Origin: an uncultured Acidobacteriota bacterium
GTDB taxonomy: Bacteria > Acidobacteriota > UBA6911
Assembly (NCBI GenBank): GCA_963843575.1
Contig: CAWJKZ010000014.1
Coordinates: 480,001 to 544,000 of the forward strand
DNA: 64,000 nt
Direction: 5' to 3'
The notes under the pieces are model-generated. The model was not told the DNA's origin. It saw nothing but the letters and a program-made list of their open reading frames with translations, and ran no database searches. Each line of letters opens with the position of its first letter. Positions within the stretch are counted from its first letter, which is position 1. Shown in pieces: positions 48,471 to 57,532 of the stretch. The translations under genes were made by a program, and so were the position numbers.

Positions 48471-49439
48471 ATGCGATTACCGAGCGTGAGATTGTCCCTG
48501 ACGGCGGTCCTGATGCTGCTGGCCGTTCTGCACCCCTCCCTTTCCGGGCAGAACCCTCCGAACAAACCGGCAGAATCCAGGCAACTGCCTCCGCGCATCG
48601 ACGACCAGACCTACCGGGTCAGCGTCGACCTGATCAACGTCTTCTGCTCGGTCTGGGATAAGAACACGAACTCGTTCGTCACCAATCTCACCCGGGAAGA
48701 CTTCACCGTTCTGGAGGACGAACAGAAGCAGGAAATCAGGAACTTCAGCCGGGAAACCAACCTCCCCCTGACCCTGGCCCTGCTGATCGACACCAGCCAG
48801 AGCGTGTCCCCCAAACTGAAGTTCGAGCAGGACGCCGCGACGAACTTCTTTCACAGTGTGCTGCGCGACAAGGACCGGGCCATGCTGGTGGAATTCGATT
48901 CGGGCGTCACCCTGGTGCAGGACTTCACGAGCGACCCGAACAAAATGGCCGCGCAGATCAAGACCCTACGCGCCGCCGGCGGCACCGCACTCTACGACGC
49001 CATCTACCTTTCCTGTGACGAGAAGTTGATCCGGGAGATCGGCCGTAAGGCCCTGGTCATCCTCTCCGACGGCGAGGACCAGTCCAGCAAGATGACATTC
49101 GAGCAGGCGATGGAGATGGCGCTCAAAGCGGAGGCCACTATCTTCGCGATCAGCGTAAACCGGGGCGGATTTTTCGGCGTCGGCCCCACCAAGAACGGGG
49201 ACCGCATCATGAGGCAGTTCGCCGAAGAAACCGGCGGACGTGCTTTCTTTCCTTTTAAGGTCGAAGAGCTCGAGGACGCCTTCCGGCAGATCAACCAGGA
49301 ACTGCGCAGTCAGTACAATATCGGCTATCTATCCGGCAACACGCAGCGCGACGGCAGCTACCGGAAGATCGAGATCAAAGTCCCCGAAAAAGGACTGCGG
49401 TTGAACTACAGGAAGGGATACTACGCACCCACCGCCTGA
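48471..49439 (+). CDS. secreted VWA domain protein (acidobacterial type)
   Basis: Signal peptide; DTSQS MIDAS, GGTALYDAI, RKALVILSDGED, ETGG, ELRSQY.IGY. Confidence 0.9.
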   Translation: MRLPSVRLSLTAVLMLLAVLHPSLSGQNPPNKPAESRQLPPRIDDQTYRVSVDLINVFCSVWDKNTNSFVTNLTREDFTVLEDEQKQEIRNFSRETNLPLTLALLIDTSQSVSPKLKFEQDAATNFFHSVLRDKDRAMLVEFDSGVTLVQDFTSDPNKMAAQIKTLRAAGGTALYDAIYLSCDEKLIREIGRKALVILSDGEDQSSKMTFEQAMEMALKAEATIFAISVNRGGFFGVGPTKNGDRIMRQFAEETGGRAFFPFKVEELEDAFRQINQELRSQYNIGYLSGNTQRDGSYRKIEIKVPEKGLRLNYRKGYYAPTA

Positions 49440-49465
49440 CGCCATTCGAGCGGTGGTTACGCCTC

Positions 49466-49849
49466 TCAGCGACGCCGGGCTTCGAGAAGGGTGCGAACGT
49501 TCCCCTCGACGTCCGGCCCGCCGAACTCGCCGTTGAGCACCGTCTCTATCAGCTTCTCGGGCCGCCCGTCGAAGAGCCTTGTGACCAGGTCGTGGATGTA
49601 GTTGCGAACCGCTTGTTCGCGCGTGAGCAATGGCTTGTACAGGTAGGCCCGTCCCGCACGCACGTGCGACAGCGCCCCCTTTTCCTCAAGGATCCCCATC
49701 AGGGTCAGGATGGTTGTGTATGCCGTGGGCTTGCGCCGCGACATGATCTCGCAGACGTCCTTCACGGTTGCCGAGCCGCGTTCCCACACCACTTTCATGA
49801 TGTGCAGTTCCTGGCGTGTCAGTATTATTGAGTCTAGGTCCCTCTTCAT
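49466..49849 (-). CDS. BlaI/MecI/CopY family transcriptional regulator
   Basis: LT..EL.IM.VVW..GSATV.DV, AYTTILT.M..LEEKG, GRAYLY.P. Confidence 0.88.
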   Translation of the reverse strand: MKRDLDSIILTRQELHIMKVVWERGSATVKDVCEIMSRRKPTAYTTILTLMGILEEKGALSHVRAGRAYLYKPLLTREQAVRNYIHDLVTRLFDGRPEKLIETVLNGEFGGPDVEGNVRTLLEARRR

Positions 49850-50129
49850 TACTTCCGCCTCCGACGGGAAAAAGCTTTCTCCGCAGACGTACCGTACCGT
49901 CGTATTGCTTCCGAACACTTAAAAATGGCGTTCATGTTACCAGAAGTACATACGAGGGAATCCGGAAATCGACCGATTATTTAGATTTTACGCCCTTCCA
50001 TGGTTCCACGGCTTAATTTCGTGTTTTTTGCAGGAAGCGAGCACGGTCTTGTTCTTGCTGCTGGCTGACAGCGGACGGTTATGGCTCAGCGCGGCCGATA
50101 CCGCACCCGGGCCGCGCGGTATTCGACGG

Positions 50130-51173
50130 TCACGGTTTTGTCCCTTCCGTGACGCCGGTCAGCAACGCCCGGATCGGCAACGCAGCCCTCCTGCTCGCCG
50201 AATCCGCGGTAAGCAGGGTGATCTGTTCGGCCGACGCCGCGCCCAGCTTCAACTCCGCTGCCCGCCTGATCTGGTCGTGTTCGAAGATGTCCGTGCGTCG
50301 GATCGCGGCGCCGGCGCCGTGGATGCGCAAGATCGAGACGGCCACAGCGTCAATGGCCACCCGGTCGGTGGAAACGGCCAGCATCCCCGGTGCCGCCAGG
50401 TCGCCGCGCTCCGGCCCGCCGCTGATGAACACCTGCGCCGCATCCAGAAAGATCAACGAGGGTGAATACACCAGGTTGGCCTCGGCGATCATCAGCCGCT
50501 GGTCCGCCGACGCGTGCAGTTCCTGCATGTAGTTGTAGGGCTGGGCGTCGTGGCTGTACTTGGCCAGCAGCCCAATCGAATTCTTCAGGCTCGCGCTGAA
50601 GACCCCCCCGAACCGATGCGTCTTGGCACCGCAGATCTGGATGACCGGGGCGTCGTCGTCCAGGAAGCGCGGCAGCTCGACGCCCCTCTTCCAGTGTGAA
50701 TCCGGAACTTCGGCCTTGCGCCACTCGGCCGGGGCCAGTTGATCGAGCGGGAGCAACGCGACATCGAGCCGGCGGGCAAGCTCCGGGATGCCCAGGGCCT
50801 TCCACACCTCCGCCGCCAGCCCCATCCCGCTGCGCTCCACCACCGTGACCCGGCCGCAGTTGCATCGGCGCAGCGCCTCAACCACCCGCGCGAGCGTCTC
50901 GGGGTGCGTCGTGGCCGGGAATGGGTCCGGGCTGTTGAAACTGGCTTTGATGAAGACGTCTCTCCCGCGGAAATCCGGCGCCCCCAGAAGGTCGAGGGCG
51001 GCCGCGACCGCCTTGCCGCGGTCCGCGGCGCCGACGAGGGCCACCGTCGACGGGCGGGGTGTCGCGGTTTCCTGCCTCGACCGCGCCGGCATCCCACCGG
51101 CGATGGCCAGCGCGCCGAATTCACGACGGGTGACCCGGCCGACGCCCCGCGCAAATCCGCTGGAAGAGTGCAT
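50130..51173 (-). CDS. Tat-exported DUF362 domain protein
   Basis: TRREF twin-arginine; VFIKASFNS, TTHP, ERSG, KTHRFGG.FS.SLKNSIG, DRVAIDAV. Start uncertain. Confidence 0.8.
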   Translation of the reverse strand: MHSSSGFARGVGRVTRREFGALAIAGGMPARSRQETATPRPSTVALVGAADRGKAVAAALDLLGAPDFRGRDVFIKASFNSPDPFPATTHPETLARVVEALRRCNCGRVTVVERSGMGLAAEVWKALGIPELARRLDVALLPLDQLAPAEWRKAEVPDSHWKRGVELPRFLDDDAPVIQICGAKTHRFGGVFSASLKNSIGLLAKYSHDAQPYNYMQELHASADQRLMIAEANLVYSPSLIFLDAAQVFISGGPERGDLAAPGMLAVSTDRVAIDAVAVSILRIHGAGAAIRRTDIFEHDQIRRAAELKLGAASAEQITLLTADSASRRAALPIRALLTGVTEGTKP

Positions 51174-51205
51174 GCTTCCCATGTTACTCAAAGGACGGAG
51201 GCGAT

Positions 51206-51433
51206 ATGCAAGAGAAAGTGATCATCTTCGGCAAGGACACCTGACCGTACACTCAGGCGGCCCGTGAGGACTTCGCCGCCAGGAATGTCCCGGTCGAATA
51301 CCACAACGTGCTCGGCAGCCGGCGTGAAATGGACATGATGCTGAAATACTCCGGCGGGGCGCGAGAGGTCCCACTCATCGTCGACGGGGGACGGGTAACC
51401 GCAGGCTACGACGGCGGCTCCTGACACGTATGA
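51206..51433 (+). CDS. glutaredoxin-like selenoprotein (UXX-star type), Sec at codons 13 and 73
   Basis: GGAGG SD; MQEKVIIFGKDT-U-PYTQAARE...REVPLIVDGG...GYDGGS-U-HV-stop; UGA at 51242-51244 and 51422-51424, each followed by a SECIS-like hairpin. Confidence 0.85.
51245..51281 (+). promoter_or_regulatory. putative SECIS element 1
   Basis: GGCGGC-CC-GTGA-GG-ACTTC-GCCGCC; G-initiated apical loop 19 nt after the UGA. Confidence 0.55.
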
Positions 51434-51456
51434 CCCTCCCGCAGTCTGCGGGATCA
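51425..51456 (+). promoter_or_regulatory. putative SECIS element 2
   Basis: TCCCGCA-GTC-TGCGGGA; G-initiated loop 19 nt after the UGA; resembles the GCAGGUCUGC apex of the E. coli fdhF SECIS. Confidence 0.65.
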
Positions 51457-51751
51457 GACGGGGATGCGGCCTGGACTTTGCCCTCATCCCGGCGCGAGAA
51501 CGGGGGAAAATCGAAAACCCGCCACCGAGGGACATAGATTCAAACAAGCTTTGCGCGGGTCTGCGATGACACGAGCTCGGCACGCTCGGACCCGGTTTGG
51601 CTTCCACCGTGGGGCTGCCCCGCGGCGGGCAACCTCGGCGCCACCGATTTCGAGACTACCGGGTGGATAGCGCGACGTCTGCACCCCGGCGCACTTGACC
51701 CCCGGGCCCTTTCCCCCTACAGTTGCGATGGTGTTTGCGTGTGGAGCGGGT

Positions 51752-52996
51752 GTGAACAGGGTAATTCTGCTGCATTATCACGAGATAAACCTCAAGGGCG
51801 GCAACCGCGGCTGGTTCGAGATGAAGCTGCAGCGGCACGTCGAGCGTCTGCTTGCCGACTTGCCCCAGGGGGGCGTGCGCAAGTACGGCGGCCGCATGAT
51901 GGTGCCGCTGATGGCACACTCCCCCGTCGAGGAGCTGCGCGCCAGGCTGAGCCGGGTGTTCGGCGTGGCGAACATCGCGGTGGCGTGGGAGGTGCCGGCC
52001 GTCCTGAGCGAGATCAAAGACGCGCTGAAGCAGCTGATCGAGGGGAAGGATTTTGCCACGTTCAAAATAGACGCCCGGCGCGCCACCAAGGACTTCCCGC
52101 TGAATTCGCAAAAGCTCAACGAGGAGCTCGGAGGGTTCGTCCAGGAGATGACCGGCGCCGCCGTGCGGCTGCAGGATCCCGATCTCACCTGCTGGGTGGA
52201 GATCGTACAGGAGCACGCCTTTATCTATTTCGAGAAGGTGCAGGCCGGTGGCGGATTGCCCTCGGGAACGGGGGGGAAGGTGCTTTGCCTCCTGTCGGGA
52301 GGGATCGACTCTCCCGTGGCCGCGTACCGGCTGATGCGCCGGGGGTGCCAGGTCGTCTTCGTCCACTTTCACAGCTTCCCGCACACCACGGTCGAGTCGC
52401 AGGACAAGGTGCGCCTCATCGCGGCAGTCCTGGCGCGTTACCAACTGGACGCGCGGCTGCACCTCGTGCCTTTCGCCGAGGTGCAGCGCGAGATCGTGGC
52501 CTACGCGCCGCCGGCGCTGCGGGTGCTGCTGTACCGCCGTTTCATGCTGAGGATAGCGGAGGCGATCGCCTCGGCCGAAAAAGCTGCCGCCCTGGTGACC
52601 GGCGACAACCTGGGGCAGGTCGCCAGCCAGACCCTCGAGAACCTGCGCGCCGTCTCCTCGGTGGCGTCGCTCCCGATCTTCCGGCCGCTGATCGGCGACG
52701 ACAAGGAAGACATCATGAACTCGGCCCGCGCCATCGGCACCTACGACATCAGCATCCTGCCGGACCAGGACTGCTGCACGATGTTCGTGCCGCGCCACCC
52801 GGAGACGATGGGCACGATCGAGCAGATGCAGCAGGCCGAGGCCTCGCTGGATCTTCCGCGTCTGATCGAGTCCGCCCTTCGCGACACCACCCGCGAGACC
52901 CTGTCCCCGGATTACCGGCGAGGGCCGGCGCCGGGCCGCGGCGCGCCGCGTGGCGCCGAGCCGGCCGGGCTTTCTCAATTTCCGGCACGACCTTGA
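51752..52996 (+). CDS. thiI: tRNA 4-thiouridine synthase ThiI (no rhodanese domain)
   Basis: HYHEINLKGGNR, THUMP domain, GGLP.GT.GK, LLSGGIDSPVA, GDNLGQVASQT, RPLIG.DK, QDCC. Confidence 0.93.
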   Translation: MNRVILLHYHEINLKGGNRGWFEMKLQRHVERLLADLPQGGVRKYGGRMMVPLMAHSPVEELRARLSRVFGVANIAVAWEVPAVLSEIKDALKQLIEGKDFATFKIDARRATKDFPLNSQKLNEELGGFVQEMTGAAVRLQDPDLTCWVEIVQEHAFIYFEKVQAGGGLPSGTGGKVLCLLSGGIDSPVAAYRLMRRGCQVVFVHFHSFPHTTVESQDKVRLIAAVLARYQLDARLHLVPFAEVQREIVAYAPPALRVLLYRRFMLRIAEAIASAEKAAALVTGDNLGQVASQTLENLRAVSSVASLPIFRPLIGDDKEDIMNSARAIGTYDISILPDQDCCTMFVPRHPETMGTIEQMQQAEASLDLPRLIESALRDTTRETLSPDYRRGPAPGRGAPRGAEPAGLSQFPARP

Positions 52997-53099
52997 TGCT
53001 TGCCGGTGTTCGGGCGGTCTTCCACCTCGAGGGGGAGGTCGTCCTTCAAGCACAGCCCGGTTGAGGCGTTTCCCCCCCGGGCCCGTGCGCGGGGCGCGC

Positions 53100-54429
53100 A
53101 TGCACATTCTGGGACTGCTGCTCCATCTGATCTCGGCGCCGCTCGGCCCGGCCCACCCCGACGGGCCGCCGACCACCCTCTGGTCCGGCACCCTCGCCGG
53201 CAACGAAGCAGTAGCCGAGTTCCGCGTCCACTTGAGCGCGCGCGTGCCGGGCGCCTCGTGGAAGGAGGCCCGGCGCGCGTGCGGCGTACTCACCGTGTCG
53301 GTCGACGGACGCTACGACCAGCATGTCTTCCTGGCCGGAAACGGCCAGTGGACCGACCTACGAGTTCGTCGTGGGGCCGGTCGCCCCCGGCACGCACACG
53401 ATCCGCCTGGACTGGATGCGCGACTGGACACCCGACCTGACGCAGGAGCCGGAACTGCGGGACATCCGGCTGGAGCCGCTGCGCCAGGCCGACCCGGCGC
53501 TGGAACCCGTGCTGCGCGCACCCAGCCTCTGGCTTCGGGCCGACACCATCGGCCGCTTCAGCGACGTGCCGCTGGCGCTGTACTGGGAACGCCTGAAGAC
53601 CCCGCGCGGCGAGCGGCTCGTCTACACCGTCATCATGACCAACGAGGACGGGGGGACCAACACCGAGAGGCTGATGGCCCGGTGGGGTCGCACCACCGAC
53701 ATCGAGTGGTGCTACGCCCACGAAGGCTCGGGCGCCGACCGCGAAGACACCTACCAGGGACGCGACCACGAGACCATCCCGTTCCACGGCCGCTACGACG
53801 GGTGGCACCCGAACCTCTACGACGTGACGGTGAACAACGTCTTTTCCGACACCCCCGCCGGGGCCGCCCAGACGGTGCGGGTCCGTCCTTTCCCGGTGTT
53901 TGCAGACCTCGCCCGCAGCACCAGGGAATCGGTCATGGAACGATTCCCGTGGCTCTATGGGGTGATGGCCGACGAGATGGAGCGCGAGGGGAAGCTCGAG
54001 TCCCCGGCGGATCCCGCGACGGCGGCCGTCTCCGACCTGCGCAACTACGCCTACGTGGAAGTCTGTGCCGAACAGCGCGGGACGGAGCTGCGGTTCGAGG
54101 TACAGCTCGACGGCGGCGGGCGCTGGTTCAGCTCCGACCACCTCGACCCGAAGGCGCGCATCGAGCGGAGCGGCTGCTTCCGCTCGTCCGTCGAGCTGCC
54201 CCCGGGCACCCTGCCCCGGCAGATCAGCGCCTTACGGATAGAATGTCTTCCCGAACCAGCGCGCGGCGGGAAGCCCCCGGTCTCCCGCCCCGGCGCGCGG
54301 CTGCTCGGCGTCGGGCGCCTGTTCATGCTCGACAGCGCCTACCAGCCGGGAGCGAGCGTGCTCCAACGGAGCCGTCCGGCTTCCCTCAAGCCGGGCCAGT
54401 CTCTCACGGTTCGGCCGCGACAGAGCTGA
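53100..54429 (+). pseudogene. secreted hypothetical protein with a +1 frameshift near 53355
   Basis: Signal-like N-terminus from ATG 53100 reads sensibly to ..GNGQWTD, then continues in the 53323 frame (YEFVVGP...TNEDGGT...ARWGRTTDIEW). Confidence 0.65.
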
Positions 54430-54500
54430 ACATCCGCTGGCCGGGCGACGCCGCCCGACCGGCGCACCGTTTCGCTCCCCGCCGTCCTGCAAATTCACCC

Positions 54501-54548
54501 TTGACAGCCGACGCTGCCGATCGTATAAATGTTTCGCAATTTAGAAAC
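54501..54548 (+). promoter_or_regulatory. sigma70 promoter and inverted-repeat operator of the ArsR operon
   Basis: TTGACA-17 bp-TATAAA, followed by GTTTC-N8-GAAAC over the predicted start site. Confidence 0.7.
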
Positions 54549-54569
54549 TTTTATCAACAGGAAGGATTC

Positions 54570-54956
54570 ATGGCCGCAAACCCGATCACCGACAAGGCGT
54601 CGCTGCGCAGAGTCTTCGAACTGCAGTGCCAGATCTGCAAGGCGATGGCGCACCCGCTCCGCCTCGAGATCGTCGAACGGCTCCATCGGCGGGAGATGGC
54701 CGCGGCGGAGTTGATCGACACCCTGGACACGTCCAAGGCGAACCTCTCGAAGCACATGAACCTGCTGATCAACGCCGGCATCGTCCAGCAGAGGCGCAAC
54801 GGCAGGCAGGTCTCTTACAGCCTGGCCTATCCGGAAATCCACGAAGCGTGCACGATCATGCGCTCGATCCTGTTCCGCCGGCTGAAGACCGGCGGCAAAC
54901 TGGCGCTGGCCCTGAAGCCGGCGAGCCGTATAGCGATCGTCCCAACCGTCTCCTAG
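54570..54956 (+). CDS. ArsR/SmtB family transcriptional regulator
   Basis: KAMAHPLRLEI, NLSKHM..L..AGIV..RR.G..V.YSL; GAAGGA SD before ATG 54570. Confidence 0.9.
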   Translation: MAANPITDKASLRRVFELQCQICKAMAHPLRLEIVERLHRREMAAAELIDTLDTSKANLSKHMNLLINAGIVQQRRNGRQVSYSLAYPEIHEACTIMRSILFRRLKTGGKLALALKPASRIAIVPTVS

Positions 54957-54966
54957 GCGTGACACC

Positions 54967-56331
54967 ATGACATCGAAGCTAGCCACAGTTCTCAGCATGA
55001 CCGCAGTGATCTTCGCGGCCTCCGCCGTTCCGGCCGTCTTCGGGCAGCAGCTCACGCTGCAGGCCGCCGCCGCCCGGGCCCTGGAACGCAATCCAGAGCT
55101 GGCCGTCGACGCGCCCGGGCGCGAGGCCGCCAGGTTCGATCTGGCCGCCAGCCGGGCCGGCTTCCTTCCCAGGGTCGACTTCGAGCAGTCTTACACGGGC
55201 GGCAACAACCCCGTGTACGTCTTCGGGACGCTCCTGACGCAACGCCGGTTCGGCGCCGCCAATTTCGCGCTCCCTTCCCTGAATAGCCCCGACCCGGTCG
55301 ACAACCTGCAGAGCCGTTTCACGGTCCAGCAGACCGTCTGGGATTTCGGCCGGACGCGGCAGAAGGTGGACGCAGCCAGCCTGGGGTTGAGCCTGACTGA
55401 CCGCGATCATGAAGAGCACGTCCGGCAGGTCCTGCTCTCGGTCCTCGCCGCCTATTTCGGCGTGTCGCAGGCACGCGAGGTGTGGGACGCGGCACGCGCC
55501 GCCCTGGATTCCGCGCAGGCGATCAGCGCGCAGGCGAAGCAGCGGGTTTCCGCCGGCCTCGCCGTGGAGGCCGACGTGCTGCGGAGCGAAGCGCACCTGG
55601 CGTCCGTGCGCCAGCAGGAAATTCAGTCCCGGGGGGAGTTGGACGTTGCGCGGGCCACCCTGAACCGTCTCATGGGGGAGCCCCTGGCTGCCGCAACCGG
55701 CGACACCGCGGCCCTTGCGCCCGCGCTCTTCCCGGTACCCACCGAGGAAGAGCTGATCGCCGCGCAGCGGCAGAGGAGGCCCGACTACCAGCGCCTGCTA
55801 CTCGAGCTTCGGCAGGCCGAACTCGAGGCCGGCGCCAGGAAGGCGGAATTCTACCCCGTCGTCGGCGCGTTCGCTGGTTGGGAGGCCGACAACCCGTCGC
55901 TGCGGAGCGCCGGGGGGACGAACTGGTCGGCAGGGGTCAGCCTGCGCTGGAACCTGTTCGCCGGGGGGAGCGACGCAGCGAGGCTGCAGGCGGCACGCCA
56001 GCGCCTGGAACAGAAACGGCGCCAGATCGCGGCAGTGGAATCCGCCATGGCGCTCGAGATCCACCGGGCCGCGGTCCAATTGAGGTCCGCCGAGCAGCAG
56101 GTCGAGGTGACCCGCGCGGCGGAGGCGCAGGCCCAGGAAAGCGTGCTCATCCTCAAGAACCGTTACGACGCCGGCCTGGCCACCCTGACGGACCTACTTT
56201 CCGCCGAGGGCGCGCGCGCCGGCGCGCGCGCCGCGTTCGCCGAATCGATCTACCGCCACCGGCTCACGTTCGCCCAGCTCGAGTATGCGGCGGGCATCCT
56301 CAGTCCAACATCCAAAGCCATGCAACCCTGA
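54967..56331 (+). CDS. TolC family outer membrane efflux protein
   Basis: Signal peptide; LTL..A...ALE.NP, LP.VD, VWDFG, LRWNLF.GG, RY.AG. Confidence 0.9.
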   Translation: MTSKLATVLSMTAVIFAASAVPAVFGQQLTLQAAAARALERNPELAVDAPGREAARFDLAASRAGFLPRVDFEQSYTGGNNPVYVFGTLLTQRRFGAANFALPSLNSPDPVDNLQSRFTVQQTVWDFGRTRQKVDAASLGLSLTDRDHEEHVRQVLLSVLAAYFGVSQAREVWDAARAALDSAQAISAQAKQRVSAGLAVEADVLRSEAHLASVRQQEIQSRGELDVARATLNRLMGEPLAAATGDTAALAPALFPVPTEEELIAAQRQRRPDYQRLLLELRQAELEAGARKAEFYPVVGAFAGWEADNPSLRSAGGTNWSAGVSLRWNLFAGGSDAARLQAARQRLEQKRRQIAAVESAMALEIHRAAVQLRSAEQQVEVTRAAEAQAQESVLILKNRYDAGLATLTDLLSAEGARAGARAAFAESIYRHRLTFAQLEYAAGILSPTSKAMQP

Positions 56332-56341
56332 AGGTAGACTC

Positions 56342-57532
56342 ATGCGCATACCATTTTCGACAGGCATAATCGCCCTCACCGGGGCCTTGCTCGCCTCCGG
56401 TTGCCACGAGGCGACGAAACCGACCGGCCCGTCCAGGCCGGTCGCGGTGAGCGTCCTGCCCGCGCGGTACGAGACCGTGTCCTCGTCGGTCGAGGCTCCC
56501 GGCTCGGTACAGGCTCGGAACCGCATCGTGCTGGCCTCCCAGGTAAACGGCTACGTCCGCGCCCTCCAGGTGCGCGCGGGTGACCTTGTCCGCGAGGGGC
56601 AGGTGCTGGCGTCGCTCGACTCGCGCGACGCCCAAAGCCAGAAGGAGTTCAGCGAAGCCTCGATCCAGGAAGCCCGAGCCGCCCTCGACGAGGCGCGCAA
56701 GTCGGCCCAGGCCGCCCAAAGCGCGCTGAAGGCGGCACACGCCGGAAACGAACTCGCGTCCAGCACCTACGCGCCGGTTCCAGAAGCTCTTCGAGGCCCG
56801 CTCGGTGTCTCCGCAGGAGCTGGACGAGGTGCGCTCCCGCCGCGACTCCGCCGCCGCCGACCTCGCCGCCCGCGACACGATGGCCGCCGCGGCCGAAGAC
56901 CGGGTGCGACAGATCGAGGCCCGGATCTCCCAGGCCGGCGCCCAGTCGCGTCGCGCGGACGTGGCGCTCAGCTGGACGGTCGTCAAGGCGCCGGCGGCAG
57001 GACGGGTCGTCGAACGGCCCGTGGACCCGGGCGCCGTCATCTTCCCGGGGACTCCGCTGTTTGTCCTCGAGTCCGCCACGAAACCGCAGGCGGTCGGCGA
57101 TCTGCCCACGGTCGAGTCCCGCCACCTCACCCTGGGAATGAACGTCACCGTGCAGGCCGGCCAGGAGAAGTTTTGCCGGGAAAGGTGGTGGAGGTGATAC
57201 CGGTGACGGCGCCGGGAGCCCACACGATCCGTTTCAAGGTGGATTTGCCCGCGGGCTTTGCCGGCATCTCCGGGAATTTCGTCCGGATCCTCATCCCTTC
57301 GGGCACCCGCAACGCCCTGCTGGTGCCGCGCTCCTCGGTGCGGGAAGTAGGACAACTGACCGGCTTGTTCGTGGTCGACGGGGCCTCGAAGGCGCGCTTC
57401 CGCCTGATCAGGACCGCCGCATACGACAACGAACGGGTGGAGGTGCTCTCCGGCGTCGAACCGGGCGACAGGGTTGTCGACAGCCCCGGAATCGAGGTGG
57501 TTGACGGAGCCTCGCTGGAGGTCAGGTCATGA
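56342..57532 (+). CDS. RND efflux periplasmic adaptor subunit, with two compensating frameshifts (about 56774 and 57172)
   Basis: Lipobox ASGC; V.G.V..L.V..GD.V..GQ.L..LD. The true hairpin/lipoyl middle (SPQELDE...VKAP.AG.V) lies in the 56805-57197 frame; the C-terminus (EVLSG..PGDRVV) is back in the first frame. Confidence 0.8.
   Translation: MRIPFSTGIIALTGALLASGCHEATKPTGPSRPVAVSVLPARYETVSSSVEAPGSVQARNRIVLASQVNGYVRALQVRAGDLVREGQVLASLDSRDAQSQKEFSEASIQEARAALDEARKSAQAAQSALKAAHAGNELASSTYAPVPEALRGPLGVSAGAGRGALPPRLRRRRPRRPRHDGRRGRRPGATDRGPDLPGRRPVASRGRGAQLDGRQGAGGRTGRRTARGPGRRHLPGDSAVCPRVRHETAGGRRSAHGRVPPPHPGNERHRAGRPGEVLPGKVVEVIPVTAPGAHTIRFKVDLPAGFAGISGNFVRILIPSGTRNALLVPRSSVREVGQLTGLFVVDGASKARFRLIRTAAYDNERVEVLSGVEPGDRVVDSPGIEVVDGASLEVRS

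Noticed and set aside
52950-54956. 668-aa ORF fusing an unknown domain to ArsR
   Set aside because: Artefact of the frameshift at about 53355; ArsR has its own promoter, SD and ATG at 54570.
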